A DNA stretch of 64,000 bases from the IMG/VR virus record IMGVR_UViG_3300032308_001420, positions 11,685-75,684 of that record. One strand, given 5' to 3'. Below the pieces are notes generated by a model. The model searched no databases. It saw only the letters and a list, made by a program, of their open reading frames with translations, and was not told the DNA's origin. The position numbers and the translations under genes were made by a program. Each line of letters opens with the position of its first letter. Positions within the stretch are counted from its first letter, which is position 1. Of this stretch, positions 28,564-37,443 are shown one piece after another. The DNA is from a virus. Taxonomy: Duplodnaviria; Caudoviricetes.

Positions 28564-28853
28564 TCATCCATCTTAATTCCTCCGCATACTTCAAGAATGC
28601 GGTTGATTGTTGGAACATCCAATGCGTCTTCTAGTGCATCTCTATCTTTTACTAGATCTGGCAATTGCTTTTCTAATGCTACTGCACATGCATCAATGAG
28701 AATTGTAAGCGTCTCATCCTCTGATGTAACTTCTGCTGTCTTCTGAATTGCTGCCATGAACTTTCTAAGTTCTTTAATTGTCAAAGGCTTTAACTTTACC
28801 TTAGCCCCGTTTTGTAGTTCAATTTCTTCTACGTCGTAGATTGTAGTTGCCAA
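28521..28853 (-). CDS. Tail assembly chaperone (gpG-like)
   Basis: VKLKPLTIKELRKF; between major tail and TMP; TTG start with GGAGG RBS. Confidence 0.88.
   Translation of the reverse strand: MATTIYDVEEIELQNGAKVKLKPLTIKELRKFMAAIQKTAEVTSEDETLTILIDACAVALEKQLPDLVKDRDALEDALDVPTINRILEVCGGIKMDDPNLLAAAVLAGQN
28557..28563 (-). promoter_or_regulatory. Programmed -1 frameshift slippery heptamer C CCA AAC
   Basis: X XXY YYZ in the correct phase; a TGA in the -1 frame lies immediately 5' of it. Confidence 0.85.
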
Positions 28854-28879
28854 TTTATCCTCCTAGGATTGTCTTAATT

Positions 28880-28908
28880 ATTATAACAAAACACTCTTAC
28901 TAATACAA
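28880..28908 (-). promoter_or_regulatory. Promoter TTGTAT-N17-TATAAT (TG-extended) for chaperone/TMP genes
   Basis: Consensus elements directly downstream of the major-tail terminator. Confidence 0.65.
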
Positions 28909-28909
28909 G

Positions 28910-28939
28910 CAGAAACCCCCAATTTCTTGGGGGTTTCTG
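28910..28939 (-). terminator. Intrinsic terminator after the major tail gene
   Basis: 12-bp inverted repeat CAGAAACCCCCA / TGGGGGTTTCTG. Confidence 0.8.
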
Positions 28940-28959
28940 AATTAAATAATTAAATTTAA

Positions 28960-29679
28960 TTATGCATAAACACGGTCAATAATCTTACCGTATTCTTGGC
29001 CAGCGTATGCAGCCTCTCCTGATGGGAGAAGACGGAATGTTACTGGGAATGTTGTTGGTGTGTTACGTGCTAGAGAGAACTGTGACTGCTGTACTGAAAG
29101 AACACGACGTGCATAATATACACGCTCATTCTTTCCGTAGCTGTTGATGTTGTAATCTGGAGCTGGTCCAACTGCAACTAGCTGACGCTCAACTGGTGCA
29201 GAAAGCAAAGCTCCTGCTGCCAAACCGAGTACCTGTGGTGTTGAAGATGTTGGCTCTGCTGTTGTTAGAGTATCATCTCCATCGAATCCTGATGCCTCAG
29301 TGATTCCAGATGCGCCTCCTGGCTGACCGAACACAACGAGAAGATTCTCAAGTGTTCCTTCTGCCATTTCAGTTGCTAGCATAACTTCCATTGACTCCTT
29401 GAACAGCTTAGCTGTATCTAGAAGCTGATCTACCGTTACGTTACCGTATGTTGGGTTATAAGTAATCTGAAGACCATTGTTTGTGTATCCAACGTTGCGC
29501 CACTTTGTAGTTGCCGCATTAAGTGTAGTGATATATGATGCAGATGTGTTGAACTCTACCTTATCAGTACCCTTTGTTGGATCAAGATTTGAATCGCCAT
29601 CGTATGCTGCTTGGTTGATAAACAACGGTGAAGCACCAACGATAATGTTCTTGGCTGAATTGTATGTATCTCTTGCCAT
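28960..29679 (-). CDS. Major tail (tube) protein
   Basis: NIIVGA..VGYTNNGLQITYNPT..VDQL..LATEMAEGTLENL..FPVTFRLLP siphovirus tube pattern; strong RBS. Confidence 0.9.
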   Translation of the reverse strand: MARDTYNSAKNIIVGASPLFINQAAYDGDSNLDPTKGTDKVEFNTSASYITTLNAATTKWRNVGYTNNGLQITYNPTYGNVTVDQLLDTAKLFKESMEVMLATEMAEGTLENLLVVFGQPGGASGITEASGFDGDDTLTTAEPTSSTPQVLGLAAGALLSAPVERQLVAVGPAPDYNINSYGKNERVYYARRVLSVQQSQFSLARNTPTTFPVTFRLLPSGEAAYAGQEYGKIIDRVYA

Positions 29680-29756
29680 TTATTTCTTACCTCCTGTTTT
29701 TTTCAAAAAATCTAATAAATCTGTCAAGCTGGCTAGGCTTCTTTCCTCTTGGTATA

Positions 29757-29785
29757 ATAATAAGCCTTTTTAGGTAAAAAGGCAA
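29757..29785 (-). promoter_or_regulatory. Promoter TTGCCT-N17-TATTAT for major tail, with the inverted repeat GCCTTTTT-N4-AAAAAGGC across it
   Basis: Direct reading; same -35 as the protease promoter. Confidence 0.6.
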
Positions 29786-29786
29786 A

Positions 29787-30296
29787 CTATATAAACCGCC
29801 CGTTTGAATCAGACAAACGGGAATATTTAATTTCTAGGACTATGTCTGTAGACAAAAATCCTTGTAGCTCCTCTGAGGGAGCCGCTGGAGAGATGTCGGC
29901 AATAAATATGCTATAGAATTGAAACTTATTTGACAGGTTTGTCCAGTTATTCACATCTCTTGCAGACTCATCTACCCTTCTAAATAAGTCAGTCATAAAA
30001 TTTCTAATCTCATTGATGTCATTAATATCTGTGGAATATATGGTAAACAATACTTGCTCACAGCATATAGCCCATAGGTCTTCATATGACATTCCTATCT
30101 TGTCATAGACTATGTGTTTCTTCCCGCTCAAAAAATGATTTAATTCTGGAGATTGTTGGACGGGAATAATAGGTACTATTTCATCCCCTATACTATCGCT
30201 ATAATAATCAGATGCAGTAAATATATCAGCATCCTTTAATTTCTGCCACAAGTACTTACGCAATTCAAGCATTGCATCTAATCTATAATTAACCAT
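29787..30296 (-). CDS. Tail terminator / tail completion protein
   Basis: Position before major tail; size and beta pattern. Confidence 0.65.
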   Translation of the reverse strand: MVNYRLDAMLELRKYLWQKLKDADIFTASDYYSDSIGDEIVPIIPVQQSPELNHFLSGKKHIVYDKIGMSYEDLWAICCEQVLFTIYSTDINDINEIRNFMTDLFRRVDESARDVNNWTNLSNKFQFYSIFIADISPAAPSEELQGFLSTDIVLEIKYSRLSDSNGRFI

Positions 30297-31078
30297 TAGA
30301 CCATACCTCCAAATGCTGAACTTAATGCAAAGTCTGCTTGTGATCTAACAGAGTTTGGAGAAAATGAATATCTAACTCTTCTAATATCTGATGGCAATCC
30401 AAGTGCTTTGCTTATTGAACTATTAAATAATCTTTGGAACCCCGATCTTTTAATAGATTGATTAACTAGGTCTCCTGTAAAGAAATATTTATATGCGGTC
30501 TTGAATGAGTCTTTTGCCCTAATGCCTCCAGGCTTCCTGACGGTCACTGAAGCCCCTTTAGGCATAAAGACGGTATCACCATTAACTTCGAATACAATGC
30601 GCTCAGATGACCTTGGAGCAATTACTACGGGTACTCCAGATTCCATCACGGAAGCTTTATTTGCAAATACGTGTGTATGCTTGCCCTTTTTAGTTGGTAC
30701 CATTGATTTAGATAATTTAAAATTATATGTTAATTGAAATGACAATCCATCCTGTGGTAACTTATTTAATTCAAAAAGTCTAGATTCTTTGTCTCCAGTT
30801 TTTTTCCATTCATAAACATGGTGCAATGCTAATGGTGCCGTTCTTGCTTTTGCATCAATATACTCACCAAAATCTTTTTCTATTTGATTAAATATAACTG
30901 TGCTAAATTTATTTTGAAAATTCTTGTTTGATGTCAATTTAGACATTACGGTAGCTTTATAATAAACCGCTGCCGATATTTGAGCAACCAAGCTATCTTT
31001 TAAATGCTTATTTCTTGTTCCCATCATAAGGGGTTCAAGTCCGCTTGCTGCCGCTACTAATGCTGTACTAGAGTCCAA
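30296..31078 (-). CDS. Neck/tail completion protein (putative)
   Basis: Position; basic protein with FANKASVMESG..VIAPR motif. Confidence 0.55.
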   Translation of the reverse strand: MDSSTALVAAASGLEPLMMGTRNKHLKDSLVAQISAAVYYKATVMSKLTSNKNFQNKFSTVIFNQIEKDFGEYIDAKARTAPLALHHVYEWKKTGDKESRLFELNKLPQDGLSFQLTYNFKLSKSMVPTKKGKHTHVFANKASVMESGVPVVIAPRSSERIVFEVNGDTVFMPKGASVTVRKPGGIRAKDSFKTAYKYFFTGDLVNQSIKRSGFQRLFNSSISKALGLPSDIRRVRYSFSPNSVRSQADFALSSAFGGMV

Positions 31079-31496
31079 TTTGCTGGTTCTCCGATCTTTT
31101 CGTCGTAGAGTTATATCCTAGTACCCTACCGAATGGATCTGTAAGCGGAGTGGTTCCTACGACCTCAAATACCGTTGGTGTATCTGTTGGAAAATTTAAT
31201 TCTGTCCAAATACAGTTACCTTGTGAGTCACGGATATTTGTAATCTTTTCTCTAAGGGTAAGCTTTTCTGAAGTTCTTATCTGCACTACTTGATCGTTTA
31301 TATATTTATTACTAAATATTTGAGTGTCACTGCTTCTTGTAGTTGCAGAATTACTTACAATTCCTTTGGCATGGCAGTCTAAAGTTTTATAATAAACCCA
31401 CTCTTTTACAATTGATCCAGTCTCTATATCTTGGGCATCAAATTGTTTGTAAACGTCTAGTTTCATAGACAAGACGGAGTCTATGATGCCGTTCAT
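31068..31496 (-). CDS. Head closure (stopper) protein
   Basis: Position; beta-barrel pattern of head-tail joining proteins. Confidence 0.65.
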   Translation of the reverse strand: MNGIIDSVLSMKLDVYKQFDAQDIETGSIVKEWVYYKTLDCHAKGIVSNSATTRSSDTQIFSNKYINDQVVQIRTSEKLTLREKITNIRDSQGNCIWTELNFPTDTPTVFEVVGTTPLTDPFGRVLGYNSTTKRSENQQIGL

Positions 31497-32489
31497 TTAT
31501 ATAAGCACCATAGAAGTAATAATATATGGGTTAAGCAATTGGTCTGCAAATTGATTTCCAGTACCAGAATAAGCCTGTCCAGTATATTCAAACTTCCAGT
31601 CAAATGTCTGAACGTTCTTCAAATACTTCTGTCTCCACAAAATATCCTTTGAGAAATAATCTTTCATAAGTTCTTTTGCAGCCATTTGAACATTGTCTGG
31701 AACTTCATTCCAACCATATCTTCCATAAACACGATATCTGGTGTGCTTGTTAAATGCCTCACCATTATATGTGTCATTAATTGTTGGTGGAACCATTCCA
31801 TTTGCAATATACACAGTATTGTCTAAAAGGTTTGTTCTATCAATTCTAATTCCGAATCCGCTTTCAGTAACCTGTGGAGTATATAGCCAATTATTTACAA
31901 CTGGACTTACTGTATTATCTACAAGAAGGATGTCGTTGCCGTATAGCTTTTGAATAGAATCAATTTTATATGGAAGGGCCAATATGTCTGAGTCCATTCC
32001 ATATGCAATTTCTACATCATCGTATAGGAAAAAATCTTGCCCTGTGTAATCTTCAATTACTTTACGAGCATACTTTTCCGCCTGCTGAATTTGATAATAG
32101 GTTTTGTAATTTGGATCGCTTGAATCTACCCCAATATTTAGCTCATCTATTGCTTCATAAATGTTTGTATATGGAGTTACAACATTTGCATATGTAATGC
32201 CAGTTGCTGAGCTACCACCTACCTGATATTCCCATACTAGCTTAAATTTTCTTTGTCTTTGAGCATATGATAAAGGAATAACAACTTGATAGTTTCCATA
32301 GTCTACTTCAATTTTTGTTGAAGTAAGCGTTGTTAAAACAGTAGTTGGAGATATTGCTGGAGAGATTGTAACATCTTCAGTAATGTCATATAGCTTTACT
32401 GTAGGTGCTGAGTCTGCATCTAATACTTCTCCCTGCCAAAAGATTTTGTGCTTTAGTGGTGAATTAGTATTTAAATATATCTCTGCCAT
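31497..32489 (-). CDS. Head-to-tail adaptor with N-terminal Ig-like domain
   Basis: ARKVIEDYTGQDF..YGWNEVPDNVQMAA..ADQLLNPY adaptor motifs. Confidence 0.8.
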   Translation of the reverse strand: MAEIYLNTNSPLKHKIFWQGEVLDADSAPTVKLYDITEDVTISPAISPTTVLTTLTSTKIEVDYGNYQVVIPLSYAQRQRKFKLVWEYQVGGSSATGITYANVVTPYTNIYEAIDELNIGVDSSDPNYKTYYQIQQAEKYARKVIEDYTGQDFFLYDDVEIAYGMDSDILALPYKIDSIQKLYGNDILLVDNTVSPVVNNWLYTPQVTESGFGIRIDRTNLLDNTVYIANGMVPPTINDTYNGEAFNKHTRYRVYGRYGWNEVPDNVQMAAKELMKDYFSKDILWRQKYLKNVQTFDWKFEYTGQAYSGTGNQFADQLLNPYIITSMVLI

Positions 32490-32504
32490 TATTAACGGTT
32501 AAGC

Positions 32505-32900
32505 TCAGCCGTAGAAGTCTTGAACTTCCTTTGGTGTCGCTGGGCGGAACCCCTCCTCTTTATCAAAAATTGCTTGCGCTTTATCTTTATGCATTGCTAC
32601 AAAAGGATGCTCTTTGGTGAATGTAAATCCCAGAATATCGTATCTGAAATTGTTTCTTGTCATTCTTACCAAAACCGTGTCTTCTGCAAGATCCTGCTTT
32701 GGGTTAAACTTTGGAAGGATTTCGATCTCTTCTTTTTCATCTTCAATCTTTTTAATTGTTTGTTCATATACTGCCCAAGTTACGCCTTCTTCTGTAAGAG
32801 CGGCAATAATATCATTTTTGTTTTTTAGGCTATTTGTATCAACTGCAAAGTCCTCTGCAATTTTCTTTAGCTCTGCTACCTTTAATGTGTCAAACGACAT
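32505..32900 (-). CDS. Rho-N/HeH-like helical domain protein
   Basis: LKVAELKKIAEDFAV..KNDIIAAL. Confidence 0.65.
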   Translation of the reverse strand: MSFDTLKVAELKKIAEDFAVDTNSLKNKNDIIAALTEEGVTWAVYEQTIKKIEDEKEEIEILPKFNPKQDLAEDTVLVRMTRNNFRYDILGFTFTKEHPFVAMHKDKAQAIFDKEEGFRPATPKEVQDFYG

Positions 32901-32926
32901 GTAATCTCCTTAGTCTAGGTGTTTTA

Positions 32927-32935
32927 ATTATAGCA
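32927..32935 (-). promoter_or_regulatory. Extended -10 promoter TGCTATAAT
   Basis: Directly downstream of the capsid terminator. Confidence 0.6.
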
Positions 32936-32950
32936 TTACTAAATTAAAAT

Positions 32951-32982
32951 GAAAAGCCCCCAAAATTAATTGGGGGCCTTTC
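32951..32982 (-). terminator. Intrinsic terminator after the major capsid gene
   Basis: GCCCCCAA / TTGGGGGC stem followed by TTTTCATTTT on the minus strand. Confidence 0.85.
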
Positions 32983-33001
32983 TTGCGGATTTAATCCTAA
33001 A

Positions 33002-34051
33002 TTATGAAGCAACCTTAACGTTCTTCACAACTACCCAAGCATCTGCTTGTTCGATCTGGACGCCAACACGAGTATACATTGTGTACTCAATTGAGTCCTT
33101 ACGTGGCCAGAAGAAGCGGTAAACAGTTACATCACGCTTGATACCAATAACAACGTTATTTGGGAATGTCAAGTGGATATCTCCGTGGTTACCTGTCTCT
33201 CCTGAATAGTCGCCGTCCTGTGCTTCGTTTAGAAGTGGAACTTCAACAATTGGAATACCAAATGCATAAGGCGCTACGTAACCTGCTGGTCCTGAGACTG
33301 GCTGTACATCGCCACGGATGATGCTTGAAGCAATATCCTGTGGGATTGTCTGGTTAGTACCGATGCTGTTTGCATATAGGAAATCTTGGATTAGGTTTGA
33401 ACCTACCAAGAAGCGAAGGTCTGCACGACGCTGCTTGTACTTACGTGGGAGAGCCTTTAGCGCAGAGTTAAATGCTGCACGTGTAATTGCTCCTCCACCG
33501 TTGTCTACAACGTGACCGTTTGCCTTTGCCTTCTTTACAACGCCGTCAAATGACTTGTACAGGGCATCGCCTGTTAGGGATACGTTTCCATTGAGGACTA
33601 CGTCTTCAATATCGTTACCTGCCTGTGTTGCCATCATACGTGCAATGTGATCTTCTAGATCTGGACCCTCAATATTGTCTTCTAGAGACTCTGTTGATAG
33701 TTCCCAATCTAGACGAAGCTTCTTTGTTGTCAAAGAAATCTTTGAGAAAGATACTGCTGAGTTTGCTGCTGTATCGTCTGCTTCGGTTGCAAGCTTCATT
33801 AGCTTCTCGCCTACTGACATACGGTCAATCTCTGTTGTATCTGCCTTCATGCGGACTGTACGTGCGACCTTACCAATTACGGTTGCGTCGAACATATAGT
33901 CTAGAAAACGAGCTGATTGCTCTGGGTTTAGTAGACCGCCTTCACCTTCAGAACCAACGTGTACGCCAGTTGTCGCTACTGCTGACCCTGACATAGAGGT
34001 TGTTACGGAAGTATTAGCTGCTACTGACTTTTCTAATAGTTCATTACTCAT
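33002..34051 (-). CDS. Major capsid protein (HK97 fold)
   Basis: GGLLNPEQSARFLDYM, ELSTESLEDNIEG, NDIEDVVLNG; follows protease; distinct high-expression codon usage. Confidence 0.93.
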   Translation of the reverse strand: MSNELLEKSVAANTSVTTSMSGSAVATTGVHVGSEGEGGLLNPEQSARFLDYMFDATVIGKVARTVRMKADTTEIDRMSVGEKLMKLATEADDTAANSAVSFSKISLTTKKLRLDWELSTESLEDNIEGPDLEDHIARMMATQAGNDIEDVVLNGNVSLTGDALYKSFDGVVKKAKANGHVVDNGGGAITRAAFNSALKALPRKYKQRRADLRFLVGSNLIQDFLYANSIGTNQTIPQDIASSIIRGDVQPVSGPAGYVAPYAFGIPIVEVPLLNEAQDGDYSGETGNHGDIHLTFPNNVVIGIKRDVTVYRFFWPRKDSIEYTMYTRVGVQIEQADAWVVVKNVKVAS

Positions 34052-34072
34052 TATATTTTCACCTACCTTTGT

Positions 34073-35386
34073 TTATCTAATTAATTCTTGTACGGAACCG
34101 AGGAAAGAACCGTTCCATTTTGACTTCTTTATTGTAGTTACTTCCTGAGACCCGCCAAGGTCTGAGGACTTCTTAATTGCAGTCTCACCTTCTACTGCAT
34201 CGACACGCTTCTGTACGCCATCAATCGTGTTTCTGATATCTGATACTGTCTTTGACAATGTATCATATTGCTCTGCCAACTCTGTAATTCTGGAATCAAC
34301 GCTCTTGCTGAAAGACTCAACTGTTTCTGTAACAGTCTTAACCTGTGCAGCATTTGCATCTGTTGCCTTACTTAGAGTTTCTGAGAAAAAGCCTTTTAGA
34401 TCGCCTAACATCTTTGCAAAATCAGGTTCATCAACCTCAACTTCTGATACGTCGGCTGCTTTTTCCAGAGTTTCGGCAGAAGCGTCTGCTACTGCATCTT
34501 CTGCAGGAGCTTCTTCAGCAGCTGGTGTTTCTTCAACAACAGGTGCTGTCTCTTCAACAGTGGTTTCTTCAACTACTGTGGTTTCTGTATTTTCTGACAC
34601 TTCATTACCTCCTTCTGCGTTTGCCTGTTTTGCAATTGTTTGTGTTTCAGGCAACGTGGATCTTGACTTGTGTAAATCAAGAATTCTATCTATTTCTTTT
34701 GCTTTGTTAACATCACTTGATTCTACCCAACCAATTAAGGTTGCAGGCTTTCCTGATATTGGTGAATCAAATTCTTTTTCTGTTGATACAAAGATCGAAT
34801 CGCTTTCTTCGCAATAAAAAATATTCTCTGTTACGACATCTGCCGCCATGCCCTTGAAAATCATTTTTCCATTCATCTTTTCAATTGACAAAATGTTGCA
34901 AAGTTCATTTGCTGGTGAATCAACAATTGAAAGTTCAACTAGCTCATAGTCTTTAATGAAACGAACTGTTTCTCCATTTGCCTTGTTGACTTCATTGTCT
35001 GACTCTAGAATCTTTCCGCCAATTGAAAAACCTGCAAGTGTTCCGTCTAGAACTTTCTCCCAGGTATCCTGTGCGCCTTTTGAAATGTAAGATGTTACAT
35101 AAACTCCATTGTAAAATTCTTTTGATGCGGGATCATAATAAGTTTCTGGCTTAAATGATACAACCTTGCCAACTGCAATTGGCTGATGCATTTCACGAAG
35201 ATTCCCACGGAATCTTTCAAATGCTTTCATGCTAGCTTCTGCTGTAACTACATCGCCAGTCTGATCAACGTTATCTAGTGTTGCAAATCCTGATACTGTT
35301 CTCTTCTCACGATTTACTTTTGTAAATGGAACTGCCAGATGGAGGTTATTTCCATTTGAAGACCAGTTAGATTTTTCAATGTTCAT
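34073..35386 (-). CDS. Prohead protease (HK97 family) fused to an acidic/coiled-coil scaffold region
   Basis: VSGFAT..DQTGDVV..REMH..GFSIGG..ELSIVDSPAN; start MNIEK at 35386. Confidence 0.92.
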   Translation of the reverse strand: MNIEKSNWSSNGNNLHLAVPFTKVNREKRTVSGFATLDNVDQTGDVVTAEASMKAFERFRGNLREMHQPIAVGKVVSFKPETYYDPASKEFYNGVYVTSYISKGAQDTWEKVLDGTLAGFSIGGKILESDNEVNKANGETVRFIKDYELVELSIVDSPANELCNILSIEKMNGKMIFKGMAADVVTENIFYCEESDSIFVSTEKEFDSPISGKPATLIGWVESSDVNKAKEIDRILDLHKSRSTLPETQTIAKQANAEGGNEVSENTETTVVEETTVEETAPVVEETPAAEEAPAEDAVADASAETLEKAADVSEVEVDEPDFAKMLGDLKGFFSETLSKATDANAAQVKTVTETVESFSKSVDSRITELAEQYDTLSKTVSDIRNTIDGVQKRVDAVEGETAIKKSSDLGGSQEVTTIKKSKWNGSFLGSVQELIR

Positions 35387-35393
35387 ATGCTTA

Positions 35394-35422
35394 ATTTTAT
35401 CTATTTGTAGATAAAAAGGCAA
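35394..35422 (-). promoter_or_regulatory. Promoter TTGCCT-N17-TAAAAT, 7 nt from the ATG (leaderless type)
   Basis: Direct reading. Confidence 0.65.
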
Positions 35423-35439
35423 ATAGTGGTTGAGTAGAT

Positions 35440-37029
35440 TTATTCAACCGTTCTTCCGTCTCCTTGAGCATTTCTGCCTTCCCCTGAAATATCTGGAGAA
35501 TTGGCTTGTCTTTCTTGCTCTCTTCGACGGGTGTTATTTGCTTGGCTTCTAATTTCAGCTTGTTGCTGTGGCTTTAATTCAACCATATCATCGCCACCAT
35601 CCAAAGGTATCATTCCTCTTCTAATTCTAACTTCATTAGGAGTAATTACCTGCATTCTTAAATATCTTTCATCAATCTTAGATTGAGTATCCTCATCTGT
35701 AAGAGTTAATTCATTAAATTTAAGAGAAAGCGCATCTGTCTTTTCTTCAATAATTCTATTTAATTTCTTCTCTAATGTCATTTGTGATGGACGGCAAACT
35801 TGCTCTTTAAATGTTTTATCTGCATCTCTTGCAACCGCCAAATTAACACCTTCTGGAGTTCCAATTTTATTAATTGGTACACGATGGGCCAATAGGATTT
35901 CATCTCTATTTGCTTTACGATATACGTTAAATGATGACTCTTGTGCTCCCGCCTCAATAGGCTCCATTTTAAATTCAACCTTTGAATCTGGCGAATCTGC
36001 TGGAAGCGGAATATATAGAGATCTATGGTTCTTGCCTCTAAGCCCAACCTGGAAAAATTCAAGAAGCTTGCGTTCTGATTCTGGAGAAAGCTTTGCGCCC
36101 TTTACGGTAATAATATATCTTGGGACTGCCTTGTTTTCAAAGTAGTCCAGGTTATACTTTCCAGCAAACTCATTTCCCGCCAGGGCATTCTGTGCCGCAA
36201 TGATATCTGGGATGCCGTAGTAGTTATTCATCGGAGTGTACTTCTTTAAATGAATAATTTCATTTGGTCGATCTTCTTGACCAGCAATTGGATTCTCTGT
36301 TTCTGTGTCTCCAAAATTGCGGAAGAATACAGCCTTGCCATAAAGCAATTGAATAAATCCATCACGCAATCTACGAACACGCATTGTCTTTGCTGGAATA
36401 TGACCAATATATCCAATGTTGCCTGCTGTTGTGCGGCTAATTTCAATATAGCCATTTCCTGTTGCTTCTAAATCTGTGTATGCTTTGATAAGAGTTTGCG
36501 TAAAAGTGTCTTCATCATTTGTTGAGTCAAGCCATAGTTGTAAATCTTGCTTTAACTTATTAAGCTTTCTGCGTGCCCGTTCTAATTGTTTTGGATCCTC
36601 AATTGAATCAAATGCGTCGTTTGTCTTTTTAGTTTCTGTAAAGTCATAGCCAAGTCCAACAATGTTTGCTACCTTTGCATTTATTGCTGCATAGTTATAT
36701 GTTGAAATTTCATAAATCTTAGAAAGGTATTCTAAATTATATGGTGGTTCAATAAGATCAAATAGGGAATATCCAGTGATTGCCTGTGCTAATAAATTCT
36801 GTTGTGTTCCAGTATCTTCTCTACCAGTAAATGACTTAGATAATTCTCTGCTCATCTTACGACGAAATGCTGGGCTTAGCCCAGATACTTTTTTAAGGGA
36901 GTCTTCCTGCATCATAAATGGATCTGATGGATCCATCTCTGGATCCTTCTTTAGTCTAAACAAATCCGATGCAGAAGAAATCTCAATTCTGCTTGTTGAT
37001 TCTAAATCGCTATCTTGTACAAACTCCAT
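35440..37029 (-). CDS. Portal protein
   Basis: DLEATGNGYIEI, EIIHLK..YYGIPD, YFENKAVP, ILLAHRVP, ITPNEVR. Confidence 0.95.
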   Translation of the reverse strand: MEFVQDSDLESTSRIEISSASDLFRLKKDPEMDPSDPFMMQEDSLKKVSGLSPAFRRKMSRELSKSFTGREDTGTQQNLLAQAITGYSLFDLIEPPYNLEYLSKIYEISTYNYAAINAKVANIVGLGYDFTETKKTNDAFDSIEDPKQLERARRKLNKLKQDLQLWLDSTNDEDTFTQTLIKAYTDLEATGNGYIEISRTTAGNIGYIGHIPAKTMRVRRLRDGFIQLLYGKAVFFRNFGDTETENPIAGQEDRPNEIIHLKKYTPMNNYYGIPDIIAAQNALAGNEFAGKYNLDYFENKAVPRYIITVKGAKLSPESERKLLEFFQVGLRGKNHRSLYIPLPADSPDSKVEFKMEPIEAGAQESSFNVYRKANRDEILLAHRVPINKIGTPEGVNLAVARDADKTFKEQVCRPSQMTLEKKLNRIIEEKTDALSLKFNELTLTDEDTQSKIDERYLRMQVITPNEVRIRRGMIPLDGGDDMVELKPQQQAEIRSQANNTRRREQERQANSPDISGEGRNAQGDGRTVE

Positions 37030-37039
37030 TGCCGTCTCC

Positions 37040-37381
37040 TTATTTAGGAAGAATTAACTTCTTCATTTCGTCTTTATGGTTTCCAACATCTAAAGGATCT
37101 GGAATTAGTCCCCACTCAAGTCTTTTTTGCTGGTACTCAAATTCTTCATCATCAATTTTTCTGCGTCCTGAAAGGAATTTTGGTTGTCCCTCATAGATAC
37201 CATAAGACCCAACTTCATTTACAAGGGCTTCAATCTTTGACTTATTGCCTTTCATGGATGTGACTGACAAGAAATTGCCTTCGTCGTCTCCGACCCATCT
37301 GCCATCTGGCATTTCCCAAACATAAATACCAAGTCTGGTTTCTTCATCCATGACCTGTGTGTTAATCTTATTGATATCCAT
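37040..37381 (-). CDS. Conserved hypothetical protein upstream of portal
   Basis: Clean ORF; TGGTAAAAT 8 nt upstream. Confidence 0.7.
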   Translation of the reverse strand: MDINKINTQVMDEETRLGIYVWEMPDGRWVGDDEGNFLSVTSMKGNKSKIEALVNEVGSYGIYEGQPKFLSGRRKIDDEEFEYQQKRLEWGLIPDPLDVGNHKDEMKKLILPK

Positions 37382-37443
37382 AGAGTTTTATTTTACCATT
37401 CTTTGCTGTCAAAGTCCAGCTTTTTGTCATAGAAGATGACAAA

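Noticed and set aside
29680-29790. tRNA or structured ncRNA in intergenic gaps (also 60790-60850 and 62795-62880)
   Set aside because: Only short hairpins and promoter elements were found; no cloverleaf or known RNA motif was recognised by eye
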